From: an uncultured Pseudomonadota bacterium
Lineage (GTDB): Bacteria > Bdellovibrionota_B > Oligoflexia > Oligoflexales > CAIYRB01
DNA length: 64,000 nucleotides
Direction of reading: 5' to 3'
Assembly (NCBI GenBank): GCA_903928445.1
Contig: CAIYRB010000101.1
Span: forward strand, 1,909 to 65,908
The translations under genes and the position numbers were made by a program. Below the pieces are notes generated by a model. That model ran no database searches. It saw only the letters and a program-made list of their open reading frames with translations, and was not told the DNA's origin. The stretch's first letter is position 1, and each line of letters opens with the position of its first letter. This document shows, one piece after another, positions 36,107-45,448 of the stretch.

Positions 36107-36405
36107 GCCCCGCCACCGGTGAAGTTAAATCCTAGGAATGTCTTCGGTGCGAGGCCAGATAACTTTAGCCGCGGCAGGATCCAGAAGAAGCTTAGGTCGT
36201 TTGGTCATTGTGCAAAAAAAAGGACTTCCATACGAAACTTCGACATGTTTTGTCTGTGACCTTATTTTTCGCCGAAAACCAATTAAATCTGGAGACCTCC
36301 ACCGTAATCCCCCCTCTGGATTAACCATGCTAAACTTTATTCAAACGCACTATTCCAAGGCTCAAAGTATCACCGCCACCAGATAATTCACCCGGAGTTG
36401 GTCCC

Positions 36406-37761
36406 ATGCACTACAGACATAGGCTCGCCTTAATCGCAGCGGTTTTTGCACTAGACGCCACCGCATGCAAAACTCCCAGTCAAAATTCGACCGCCCAGAG
36501 CATAGGCATGCCTGATTCCGAGGGGGTGCCGGTTACCTTCCTCAACAATGATGTAGCCCACGTCATGCACGAGCTCTTCCAGAATATGCCTTACCTGGCG
36601 AAAACGTCGAATCCTAGTGGCCTGATCAACGACATTAAAAATCTCTCCGAGAGCATTCGCTGCGAACAAGTGACTCCGAAGGAAAACCACTGTCGATTTA
36701 CCTATAGCGGACCAGAGCTAAGCACTAAGTTCATCGAAGTATTTTTTCACACTATGGCCGGCTATGTGTCGATCAGAAAGGGTTGTGCTGATTCGACAAC
36801 CTGCACGCAGCCACCGGCAGCGATTTGGTGGCGAACTTTGGCACGCGACGATGGCCCGGGTCCAAAGCAGTGGGACTTTGAGGTTTGCCGCATCAACGGC
36901 GTTCTAGCCAGCGTCGGCAGTGGTCAGCGTTTTCGCTTCCTCGACCAATTGCTCAGCACCGTGGGCTATATACCGCAGCTGCACGGCCTTAAAGTCACCG
37001 TCGAGCAGACCGAGCGCGATGCGCCTAAACTCAACGAGGACGACACGCCGCAGCTAGACAGCAACGGCAAACCACTGATGGAAAAAATCCCCGACTTCAA
37101 GGCTGTCAGTGGCTTGGCTGGACTCGGCCCGCTGGGACCCTTTCCTACCCAAAACTGTGCCCTCAGCGACGACCCCAAAGATAGCTCCGCATCAGGTCCT
37201 CTGGCGGCCGTCAAGGGCGCACTTGGTGGTCTACCTGGCCCGCTCCTATCCAAGGTACCAGCCCCACTGGTCAAGACCGTGATCGACACCACGCAACGCC
37301 TCAGTGCCAAGTTCTCGGGGAGCGAGCTCAAGATCGCGCTGCGCTGCCGCAATAACCCGAATAGGCCGGTCTGCCATTTTAGCTATATCGGGCCGGAGAT
37401 CACCGTTCCTGCCGAGCGCAACATCACCGGGACTCCGAATAAGGAGATCGTCATCCTCCGCGGCTGCCAGAATCCTGGCTGTAAGCAGTATAGCGAGGCC
37501 ACCATCGATATGACCGCCTACACCAAAGACCAAGTTGAGACCGTTGAGTTTTGCTCCATGCAAGGGTTCGAAATCGCAACCAAGAAAAGCATCCCCTTGC
37601 AGGGAACCGTGTTCGGTCTACCAGACCTCCGAGGACTGATCGCAAGGGTGAAGGTCAATGCCAGCAACGACCCGCAAGCCGACGCCGACCCAGTCCTTCA
37701 GTCGCTAAAACTCGGCATATCCGGACTCGGCAACTATCCGACGAATAACTGCAGCATCTAG
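36406..37761 (+). CDS. Lipoprotein, unknown function (451 aa)
   Basis: Signal peptide with lipobox MHYRHRLALIAAVFALDATA|C. Cys-containing, two similar halves (…HCRFTYSGPEL… / …VCHFSYIGPEI…). Confidence 0.7.
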   Translation: MHYRHRLALIAAVFALDATACKTPSQNSTAQSIGMPDSEGVPVTFLNNDVAHVMHELFQNMPYLAKTSNPSGLINDIKNLSESIRCEQVTPKENHCRFTYSGPELSTKFIEVFFHTMAGYVSIRKGCADSTTCTQPPAAIWWRTLARDDGPGPKQWDFEVCRINGVLASVGSGQRFRFLDQLLSTVGYIPQLHGLKVTVEQTERDAPKLNEDDTPQLDSNGKPLMEKIPDFKAVSGLAGLGPLGPFPTQNCALSDDPKDSSASGPLAAVKGALGGLPGPLLSKVPAPLVKTVIDTTQRLSAKFSGSELKIALRCRNNPNRPVCHFSYIGPEITVPAERNITGTPNKEIVILRGCQNPGCKQYSEATIDMTAYTKDQVETVEFCSMQGFEIATKKSIPLQGTVFGLPDLRGLIARVKVNASNDPQADADPVLQSLKLGISGLGNYPTNNCSI

Positions 37762-37769
37762 CCAACGAA

Positions 37770-37809
37770 CGTCAAAACGGCCGGCCCATGTGGGCCGGCC
37801 GTTTTGACG
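37770..37809. terminator. Bidirectional intrinsic terminator between convergent genes
   Basis: Near-perfect palindrome cgtcaaaacggccggccca-tg-tgggccggccgttttgacg. GC-rich stem flanked by A4/T4 on both strands. Confidence 0.85.
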
Positions 37810-37832
37810 TTAGAGCCAAGGCAACGGCGAAA

Positions 37833-38735
37833 CTAGTTGAGGTGCTCCTTATAGTCGCGCAGACGCTGGTTCATCAGCGCCTTTGAGGTCCAGAAGGTTT
37901 CCGCCAGCTGCAAGACGATATCGATGGAGCTGTCGATGGTCTCGACTTCTTTGCGCAGCAGCTTACCAGGAATGAGGACAAGCCCAGCAAAGATATTGGC
38001 CTGAATCTCCTGCAGCTCGGCAGGTGAGTCGATGAAGCGCGCGACGATGGGATGATTGACGCGGATGAGATGCTTGAACAGCTCTTTGGCTAAAACAAAG
38101 CGAACGAAGGGCCGCAACTCGGGACCACGGTAGCGGATGGCAGTGATCTGCTCGGCGCCTGTGCCGGTGACATCGACCTGCACCACGCTGCTAAGCAGAT
38201 CATCCTGGGTCAACGTTAGGTTTGGGTAGAGCTTGAAGATCTCAGGCAGATAAATCGGCGCTTCGGTGAAGTTGCCGGCAGCAATCACTGCATCGGCGGC
38301 CTTGACGACGCTTGGGCGATCGACATCAAAGAGTTCTTCAAACGGCTTCTGGTTGGTCTCGGACTGCCACTTGGTCGGGTTTTTGAAGAACTCTTTCTTC
38401 AGACTCTCAAGGCTTTTGCCTTGCAGCGAGAAGGCGCCGTAGCCACGGAATTCAAACACGGCTTCTTCCAGATCGACGCGGCCTGAGGCGATATCGATGA
38501 GCAGCCGTTCGTCGATGCTCAGGTGATCGGCGATGCTGCGCAGAGTCGCCAAAGCGCGGATGTTTTTCTTACCCTTTTTCCAGTGGCTGCAATCGGCGGG
38601 ATCGTAGTTCAAGATGGCGCCAACATCCTGGTCGATCACTTTGACATTACCGTCATAGCGAATCTCCAGCGCTTCTTTGCAAAACCGGAACAATGTCGCG
38701 GAGTGTGGGTACCTGTTTTCGGCTGTCTTTTTCAT
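37833..38735 (-). CDS. Hypothetical protein (300 aa)
   Basis: GGGAGGAG-N6-ATG at 38735 (the computed ORF extends to 38876 without an SD). No confident family; the C-terminal half is faintly ImmA/IrrE-like but lacks HExxH. Confidence 0.55.
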   Translation of the reverse strand: MKKTAENRYPHSATLFRFCKEALEIRYDGNVKVIDQDVGAILNYDPADCSHWKKGKKNIRALATLRSIADHLSIDERLLIDIASGRVDLEEAVFEFRGYGAFSLQGKSLESLKKEFFKNPTKWQSETNQKPFEELFDVDRPSVVKAADAVIAAGNFTEAPIYLPEIFKLYPNLTLTQDDLLSSVVQVDVTGTGAEQITAIRYRGPELRPFVRFVLAKELFKHLIRVNHPIVARFIDSPAELQEIQANIFAGLVLIPGKLLRKEVETIDSSIDIVLQLAETFWTSKALMNQRLRDYKEHLN

Positions 38736-38949
38736 GCTAAGCTCCTCCCTGGAGTGGACGCCAAAAAGCACCAAGCGCGCCATTGGCCTGGCGGCGCAGC
38801 CACCTGCCGCGCGAAAAAACCGGAGATTCTTGCGGATTCCTAGTTCAATTAGAAACGATTTTGGTGCAATGGTCAAGAAAGAGGGTGGCGCCTATTCGGA
38901 CGTCACCCTAAGAGAAGATTGGTAAGAAGCAGAGTAGCCAGAAAGTAGT

Positions 38950-39435
38950 TTAGCCAGACACCCGGTTAGCTTCGAGGATGGCGATGGTCATCGGGCCAGG
39001 TAATTTACTGACCTTACAAGCCACGACTTCAGCGACCCGCGTAATCAGCTGCTGCGCCCGCTCAGGCGTCTCGCGCTCGCGGCCTTTGAGGCGCACCGTC
39101 AACTTGACCTTATCGCCACGCTCCAGAAAGCGACGAATCGCCGCGATCTTGGTCTCGAGGTCATGCCCCGAGATGTTGACCTTAAGCTGGATCTCCTTTA
39201 ACTCGGAGGTCTTGGCCTTAGTCTGGCGGGCCTTTTTCTTTTCGTATTCGAGCTTTTTGTAGTCCTGGATGCGGACTACGGGCGGATCCGACTTATCGCT
39301 GACGATGACGAGATCAAGGCCCACTTCATCAGCCTGGCGAAAGGCAAACTCGGTTGGGACGATCTCATTCGTTCCTTCGCTGATCAGACGGACCCGAGGC
39401 ACCGTACGCGCCATGGCGCGAGTTAAAATATCCAA
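38950..39435 (-). CDS. infC: Translation initiation factor IF-3
   Basis: VRLISEGTNEIV...DLVIVSDKSDPPVVRIQDYKKLEYEKKK...IQLKVNISGHDLETKIAAIRRFLERGDKVKLTVRLKGRE is the canonical IF-3 sequence. The start codon is uncertain (non-ATG, as usual for infC). Confidence 0.93.
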   Translation of the reverse strand: MDILTRAMARTVPRVRLISEGTNEIVPTEFAFRQADEVGLDLVIVSDKSDPPVVRIQDYKKLEYEKKKARQTKAKTSELKEIQLKVNISGHDLETKIAAIRRFLERGDKVKLTVRLKGRERETPERAQQLITRVAEVVACKVSKLPGPMTIAILEANRVSG

Positions 39436-39613
39436 TCGAAACGGTCTCCTGTGACATTGACGAAGGGCAGCCCCCCTGCCCCACCCTTCTTACCTGAATA
39501 AGCAGCATAAATACAGCGGATTTCGCGTAAACCGGGTCACATCGAGTGTCTCGAGGCGTAAAATTGGGCTGGCCGAACATCGGATCCAGCCCAGTGAATG
39601 CTGCGCGAGGTTC

Positions 39614-39642
39614 CCAGGACGGCGTTCCTGCGGCCGTCCTGG
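39614..39642 (-). terminator. Possible terminator hairpin downstream of amt (no clear U-tract)
   Basis: 9-bp GC-rich stem ccaggacgg/ccgtcctgg with an 11-nt loop, 45 nt past the amt stop. Confidence 0.3.
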
Positions 39643-39685
39643 AAATTTCATTACTTAAATTAAATGAGGACCTTGCGAGTATGGA

Positions 39686-41032
39686 TCAAAGGATCCCTTC
39701 CATGTCGCCAAGGTCGAGGTCAAAGGCGGCCCCATCGCGACTGAGCACATTGCTGGCACTGAGCGAACCGATAAAGCTGACAACCTTGTAGAGCAGCGCC
39801 GACACGCCAAAGGCATAGACGGCGACCAAAACCGCCGCCGCGAGATGTTTGCATAGTAGGGTCGCGTCACCGGTGATCAAACCGCCTTTAAGCGCAAACA
39901 CCGCGGTCAGGATCATGCCGACGACACCACCAACGCCGTGGCAAGCGAAGACGTCTAGGGTGTCTGGGATGCGGGCCTTCAACCACTGCGCATTAAGCAT
40001 CAAGTTGGAGACCAATGCGGCGACCGTACCGATGGCGATACTGGCTCCGACATTGACGAAGCCGGCAGCCGGAGTGACTGCCACGAGGCCGACCACGGCA
40101 CCAATCGCCGCGTTCAAGGCGGTGACTTTGCGCCCCATCAGTAGGTCGGCGAGCAGCCAGGCGACCATGGCGGCGGCGGCAGCAGTGTTGGTGGTCAAAA
40201 AGGCCGAAACGGCCCCACCGTCCACGGCCAGTTCCGAACCGGCGTTGAACCCAAACCAGCCGAACCAGAGCAAACCGGTACCGAGTAAAACGAAGGGAAT
40301 GTTGGCTGGAACTTGCGGCGTATGGCCGCGGTTGGCAGCAGCTCCCTTCTTCGGTCCATGGCTAACGGCCAAGGCTCCAGCCAAACCAGCGAACCCAGCA
40401 GCCATATGCACGACGGTGCCACCGGCAAAATCGAGGACACCCCATTTGTGCAGGAACCCCTCTGGATGCCAGGTCCAATGCGCCAGCGGCGCATAAACAA
40501 ACAACGTGAATAGAATCATGAACCAAATGAACGAGGAAAACTTAATCCTCTCGGCAAAGGACCCCGTCACCAGAGCCGGCGTGATAATTGCGAACTTCAT
40601 TTGAAACAGGGCGAACAAGGCCAGCGGAATGGTCGGGGCCAATGCAGCGTTGGTCGTCAAACCAACGTCACGGAACATGAAAAAGGTCCGAGGATCGCCG
40701 ATCAAGCCATGCAGCGAGGTACCAAAGGAAAGACTAAAGCCGACGACGACCCACAGCAGACTGACCACACCCATGGCGATAAAACTTTGAAACATCGTCG
40801 AGGTGACATGCTGCTTACTCACCATGCCGCCGTAGAAAAAGGCTAGGCCGGGTGTCATCAGCAAGACCATGGCGGTGGCGACGATCATCCAGGCGGTGTC
40901 ACCACCATTGATCGCAGCTGGAGGGGGCAGCGCGGCTGCGCCACTGGACAAGACTGCGGGGACACTGACTAGCGCTCCAGCGATGACCATAACGGCCAAG
41001 GCAACAAAAGCGCCCAAACGATGCTTAGGCAT
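39686..41032 (-). CDS. amt: Ammonium transporter (Amt family)
   Basis: 11-TM protein with GDTAWMIVATAMVLLMTPGLAFFYGGMV, DFAGGTVVHM and HGVGGVVG signatures. AAGGAG-N7-ATG at 41032 (ORF extends to 41086). Confidence 0.93.
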   Translation of the reverse strand: MPKHRLGAFVALAVMVIAGALVSVPAVLSSGAAALPPPAAINGGDTAWMIVATAMVLLMTPGLAFFYGGMVSKQHVTSTMFQSFIAMGVVSLLWVVVGFSLSFGTSLHGLIGDPRTFFMFRDVGLTTNAALAPTIPLALFALFQMKFAIITPALVTGSFAERIKFSSFIWFMILFTLFVYAPLAHWTWHPEGFLHKWGVLDFAGGTVVHMAAGFAGLAGALAVSHGPKKGAAANRGHTPQVPANIPFVLLGTGLLWFGWFGFNAGSELAVDGGAVSAFLTTNTAAAAAMVAWLLADLLMGRKVTALNAAIGAVVGLVAVTPAAGFVNVGASIAIGTVAALVSNLMLNAQWLKARIPDTLDVFACHGVGGVVGMILTAVFALKGGLITGDATLLCKHLAAAVLVAVYAFGVSALLYKVVSFIGSLSASNVLSRDGAAFDLDLGDMEGIL

Positions 41033-41277
41033 ACCGTAACTCCTTTGATCTATTAGAACAAATGCTCTAAAAAACCGATAGACCACCCGACTGAACGCAT
41101 GACCGACGACCGGACACCCGCCTAATCAAGTATGAACAGCCCGCAGTTTAGGCCAAATGATCCGCTTTAACAAGGCCTGCAGCCTGGCAAAAGACGTCCC
41201 GTTTAAGTTTCACTTCAAGCCTCCCGAGCTGTGATCATAGGAGCCAAAACCAGGCTCTTATTACTAGAGGAGGTTAT

Positions 41278-41667
41278 ATGGACTGCAGCAAGCTCATTCG
41301 TCTCGTCCTGATCGTATGTTTGGGACTCAGCCTAAGCCCCGCCACCACGGCCCAGGCCCAATCCGACGCCAGCGCCGAGGGTAGCGTTGAGCCGACGAGC
41401 GACAGGGACCAAGGGGCCATCAGCGATAGTGCGATCGGCGTCGAGGACGATCTGTTCCGGCCCGGGGGCAGCTGTGCCGCCCTAGCCTACCTAAGCTCGA
41501 GCCAGCTAGGCGACCTGATCAAAGCCGGCTTTAGTGACGACCGGCACTCCTTTTGCTACCCCGAAGAGCCTTCCGAATGCACCGAGTACACGAGCCTGCT
41601 GCAAGGTCGCGGCCGCCTCACGACCGGTGAGGACGGCTTTCACTGCAACCTGCAGGTCAACTCCTGA
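41278..41667 (+). CDS. Small secreted Cys-containing protein, unknown function
   Basis: GAGGAGG SD. Signal peptide MDCSKLIRLVLIVCLGLSLSPATTAQA. Confidence 0.6.
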   Translation: MDCSKLIRLVLIVCLGLSLSPATTAQAQSDASAEGSVEPTSDRDQGAISDSAIGVEDDLFRPGGSCAALAYLSSSQLGDLIKAGFSDDRHSFCYPEEPSECTEYTSLLQGRGRLTTGEDGFHCNLQVNS

Positions 41668-41695
41668 GGGCTTTATCGGTCGCTTGACGCCGCCT

Positions 41696-43027
41696 TTAGA
41701 GCAAGGTCGCCGCTGCCGTTGCCAGCTCACTACGCTCCCCTCTGCGGAGCGTCACGTGGGCGGCAATCGGCTCGCGGCGAAACTTCTCGATGACATAGGT
41801 GAGGCCGTTGTTCTGCGAATCGATATAGGGATTGTCGATCTGGTAAGGATCACCCGTCAAAACGATCTTGGTGCCTTCGCCGGCACGGGTCAAAATGGTC
41901 TTGATCTCGTGCGGCGTCAGGTTCTGCGCCTCATCGACGACAAAGAAGATGTTTGGCAGCGAACGGCCCCGGATATAGGTCAACGGCTCGACCTGCAGCA
42001 TGCCCTGATTGATCAGTTCCTGGTAGTTCTTGCTCAGGCGCTTTTGCCTGGTGTGGGTGCCGCCGCTTAAGAGCAATTCCAGATTGTCGTAAATCGGCTG
42101 CATCCACGGATTGAGCTTCTCATTGAGATCGCCGGGAAGAAAGCCGATATCCTTGCCCAAAGGAAAGACTGGCCGCGCCACCAAGAGCTTATGGTATTCG
42201 TCCTCGTCGGTGGTTTTGGTCAGGCCGGCGGCAATGGCGAGCAGGGTCTTACCGGTGCCAGCATTGCCGCTCAAGGTCACCAACTTGATGGAATCGTCGA
42301 GCAGGGCCTCGAGCGCAAAGGTCTGTTCGATATTACGGGGGTAGATGCCCCACACGCCATCGGCGTGGGGATCGAGCATGCGGACCACGTGCTCTTGATG
42401 ATCATAGCGGCCGTAGACAAACTGGGTCGCGTCCCGGTCGTCTTCCAGGACGATAAATTGGTTTGGCATGATATCGGTGCCGGGCAGGGCGAGCTCACGC
42501 TTAGTGTAAAAGCTATTGATGGCGGAGCTGTCGATCTTGACGTTGAGAATGCCGCTATAGAGGTGCCCGATATCGACTTTATCGGCCTCGAAATCCTCGG
42601 CTGGGATGCCAAAGGCATCGGATTTAATCCGCAGGTTCGAGTCTTTAGTGATGACGATGACGGCACGGGATTCGCCAAACTGCTTTTGCAGGGTCAGGGC
42701 GATGGCGAGAATATGGTTATCGGTACCGTCGGCGAGCAGCTCGGGGAGGATCTCCATATTGTGGCCGAGGTAAATAAACAGGCTGCCGCTGTCGGCGCGC
42801 TCGTCGAACAGGCGAACGCCCGAGGACAGCGCGCCCTTTTTGCGCAGCCGGTCGAGGATGCGGGACACCTCGCGAGCGTTGCGGCCGGTTTCGCTCTGAT
42901 CCTTTTTGAAGGTGTCGATCTCCTCGATCACCGAGATCGGAATCACCACGTCGTTATCATCGAACTTAAAGATACTGTCGGGGTTACTCAGCAGGACGTT
43001 GGTATCGAGAACAAAGACTTTTTTCAT
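41696..43027 (-). CDS. PIN-domain + PhoH-like ATPase (YlaK/PhoH2-type)
   Basis: N-terminal PIN (KVFVLDTNVLL...DNDVVIPISVIEEID) and C-terminal PhoH NTPase (GNAGTGKTLLA, FFVVDEAQN). Confidence 0.9.
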   Translation of the reverse strand: MKKVFVLDTNVLLSNPDSIFKFDDNDVVIPISVIEEIDTFKKDQSETGRNAREVSRILDRLRKKGALSSGVRLFDERADSGSLFIYLGHNMEILPELLADGTDNHILAIALTLQKQFGESRAVIVITKDSNLRIKSDAFGIPAEDFEADKVDIGHLYSGILNVKIDSSAINSFYTKRELALPGTDIMPNQFIVLEDDRDATQFVYGRYDHQEHVVRMLDPHADGVWGIYPRNIEQTFALEALLDDSIKLVTLSGNAGTGKTLLAIAAGLTKTTDEDEYHKLLVARPVFPLGKDIGFLPGDLNEKLNPWMQPIYDNLELLLSGGTHTRQKRLSKNYQELINQGMLQVEPLTYIRGRSLPNIFFVVDEAQNLTPHEIKTILTRAGEGTKIVLTGDPYQIDNPYIDSQNNGLTYVIEKFRREPIAAHVTLRRGERSELATAAATLL

Positions 43028-43097
43028 AAGCCTCACCCGCAGCGGTAGCGTAAAAAATTGAAGATGCTTCAATATAGATACTTACTTAACTGTTGTC

Positions 43098-45434
43098 ATG
43101 AGCTATTATGCAAGAAATGCCGCAGTTTACTTAGACTCAGCGAGGGTCAGGACGATGGATCTCGACGCCAGCCAAGCGATCAGCGAACTGTCTCGTCAGT
43201 ACCGTGATTTATTCCAAAAGCAACGGGTCATTTTGCCGTTCAACGGCTATCTGGATCTGCTCAGACTCCATCCAAGGCCGCTGCTGCGCAGCGCGGCGGA
43301 ATACATCCGCGACACCTTCGACCACTTTGGGCGCCGGCAGGTCCTCGGCGGCGAGACCGTGACGGCCTCGGTCCACCGCTTCAAGCTGTTTGACAGCGGC
43401 ACGGAAAAGAGTGGCGCCATCATCGGCGGCGAGCTGATCCAAGATGAGATCTACAACGTCCTGCAGTCCTTCGTCCGCCAGGGCTATGCCAATAAACTCA
43501 TCCTTCTGCACGGACCCAACGGGTCAGCCAAGTCGTCGACGGTCGAAGCGATTGCCCATGCAATGCAAAAGTACAGCGAGCTGGAGGCCGGCGCGGTCTA
43601 CCGCTTCAACTGGATCTTCCCCACCGAAAAGGTCGCGACGGCGACGATGAAGGGCGAAAGCGGCCCGATCGGCTTCGCCTCGGGGGGCACCAAGGACGAC
43701 GACCAGGGTAACTCCTATGCCATGCTCGACGACACCTTGATCGCATCCAAGATCCACTCGGACTTCAAGGACAACCCGATCTTTTTGATCCCGATGCCGC
43801 AACGCGAAGCCTGGCTGCGCAAGTGGTTGGCGCAGCACGAGGGCAAGCGTGCCGACGATGTCGAAATACCGCCGCATATCCTCCAGTCCGGGCTGTCCAA
43901 ACGCAATCAGCTGATCTTAGAAAACCTGCTGACGGCCTATGACGGCGATTTGGCAAAAGTCCTACGTCACGTGCAGGTGGAGCGCTTCTTTTACTCCAGA
44001 CAATACCGGGTCGGGATCTCGACTGTGGAGCCGCAAATGGCGGTGGATGCGGTCGAAAAGCAGTTGACGATGGACCGGAATATCCAGAATCTTCCGGCTG
44101 TGCTGCATAATATCCGCTACTACGAGGCCCAGGGCGAGCTGATCGAGGCCAACCGCGGGCTCCTTGAGTTCTCCGACCTGCTGAAGCGACCGCCAGAGAC
44201 CTTTAAATACCTGCTGACTTCGGTCGAAAAGTCCTCCGTCAGCCTGCCCTCGTCGACCGCCAATCTCGACATGGTGTTTATGGCGACGACCAACGAAAAG
44301 CACCTCGATACGTTTAAAACGTCTCCGGATTTTTCGTCGTTTCGCGGCCGTTTTGAGATGGTGACCGTGCCCTACTTGCTAAGGCCGTCGCAGGAGATGC
44401 GGATCTACGACCGCGACCTCATCGCACTAGCCAAGACCAAAGGCTTCGCGCCGCACTCCGTGAAGTTGCTCTGTCTTTGGGCGGTGATGACTCGCTATAA
44501 ACAACCGGATCCGGAATACTATGAGGCCAACCAGCGTGGCCTAGTGGCAAGGCTGGACCCACGCAGCAAAGCCCACCTCTACGAAGGGGAGTCGCTCAAA
44601 CCGACGTTCAAACAAGCCGAGGAGAGTCAGCTGCGCGAGTTGAAGTCCAAGGTGATGAATGAGTCGGTTGGACTGGTGGTCTACGAAGGACGCTTTGGCG
44701 CCTCGCCCCGGGAGATCAAGCAGATCCTCCAGCGCTGCACGCAAAATCCCCAGCATACGACCGTAACGCCGATGGCTGTCTTTGACGAGCTAGAGCGCAT
44801 GGTCAAAGATCGGACCGTCTACGAGTTCCTCCAGTTTGAACCCCGCGGCAAGTACCACGACGCTACCCTGTTTATCACTGTCATCAAGGACGAGTTCGTC
44901 GAATTATTCGAGCTTGAATCGCTCAAGTCGATGTCGATGGTCGCGGAGGAGGAGTACGAGAAGCTGCTGGTCCGCTATATCGAAAACGTCGTCGCCGAGG
45001 TCAAGCGCGAGAAGATCTATAACACTGCCTCCGAGCAGTATGAGCCGGCCAACCAAACGCTGATGCAAGAGATCGAAAAGATCATCGGTGTGACTGGAGC
45101 GGTCGAACGGCACCGCGAGAGCCTGCTGAGCCGCCTGGCGGGATGGCGCATCGCCAATAAGACGGCGGATATCGATGTGGCTGGGTTATTCCAGGACATT
45201 CTCGTCAAGATTCAGGAGCACTACCACGGCCAGCATCAGGGCGTGGTGCAGGAAATCTACCAGGCGATGCTCACCATTGGCACCGACCAAGAGGGCAGCA
45301 TCTCGGCAAAAGACCAAGCGCAAGCCGCCCAGACCTACCGGGAATTGCAACGACGCTTTGGTTATGACGAGGTGTCGGCACGGGAGTGCCTGAAGTTTAT
45401 GCTGAAGCACCAGAAGAAGCGCAAGCGCCCCTAG
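43098..45434 (+). CDS. prkA: PrkA-family serine protein kinase / AAA ATPase
   Basis: 778 aa. LILLHGPNGSAKSS Walker A, LLEFSDLLKRP, ATTNEKH. Overall PrkA N- and C-domain order. Confidence 0.85.
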   Translation: MSYYARNAAVYLDSARVRTMDLDASQAISELSRQYRDLFQKQRVILPFNGYLDLLRLHPRPLLRSAAEYIRDTFDHFGRRQVLGGETVTASVHRFKLFDSGTEKSGAIIGGELIQDEIYNVLQSFVRQGYANKLILLHGPNGSAKSSTVEAIAHAMQKYSELEAGAVYRFNWIFPTEKVATATMKGESGPIGFASGGTKDDDQGNSYAMLDDTLIASKIHSDFKDNPIFLIPMPQREAWLRKWLAQHEGKRADDVEIPPHILQSGLSKRNQLILENLLTAYDGDLAKVLRHVQVERFFYSRQYRVGISTVEPQMAVDAVEKQLTMDRNIQNLPAVLHNIRYYEAQGELIEANRGLLEFSDLLKRPPETFKYLLTSVEKSSVSLPSSTANLDMVFMATTNEKHLDTFKTSPDFSSFRGRFEMVTVPYLLRPSQEMRIYDRDLIALAKTKGFAPHSVKLLCLWAVMTRYKQPDPEYYEANQRGLVARLDPRSKAHLYEGESLKPTFKQAEESQLRELKSKVMNESVGLVVYEGRFGASPREIKQILQRCTQNPQHTTVTPMAVFDELERMVKDRTVYEFLQFEPRGKYHDATLFITVIKDEFVELFELESLKSMSMVAEEEYEKLLVRYIENVVAEVKREKIYNTASEQYEPANQTLMQEIEKIIGVTGAVERHRESLLSRLAGWRIANKTADIDVAGLFQDILVKIQEHYHGQHQGVVQEIYQAMLTIGTDQEGSISAKDQAQAAQTYRELQRRFGYDEVSARECLKFMLKHQKKRKRP

Positions 45435-45448
45435 GGGCCTAAAGTTCC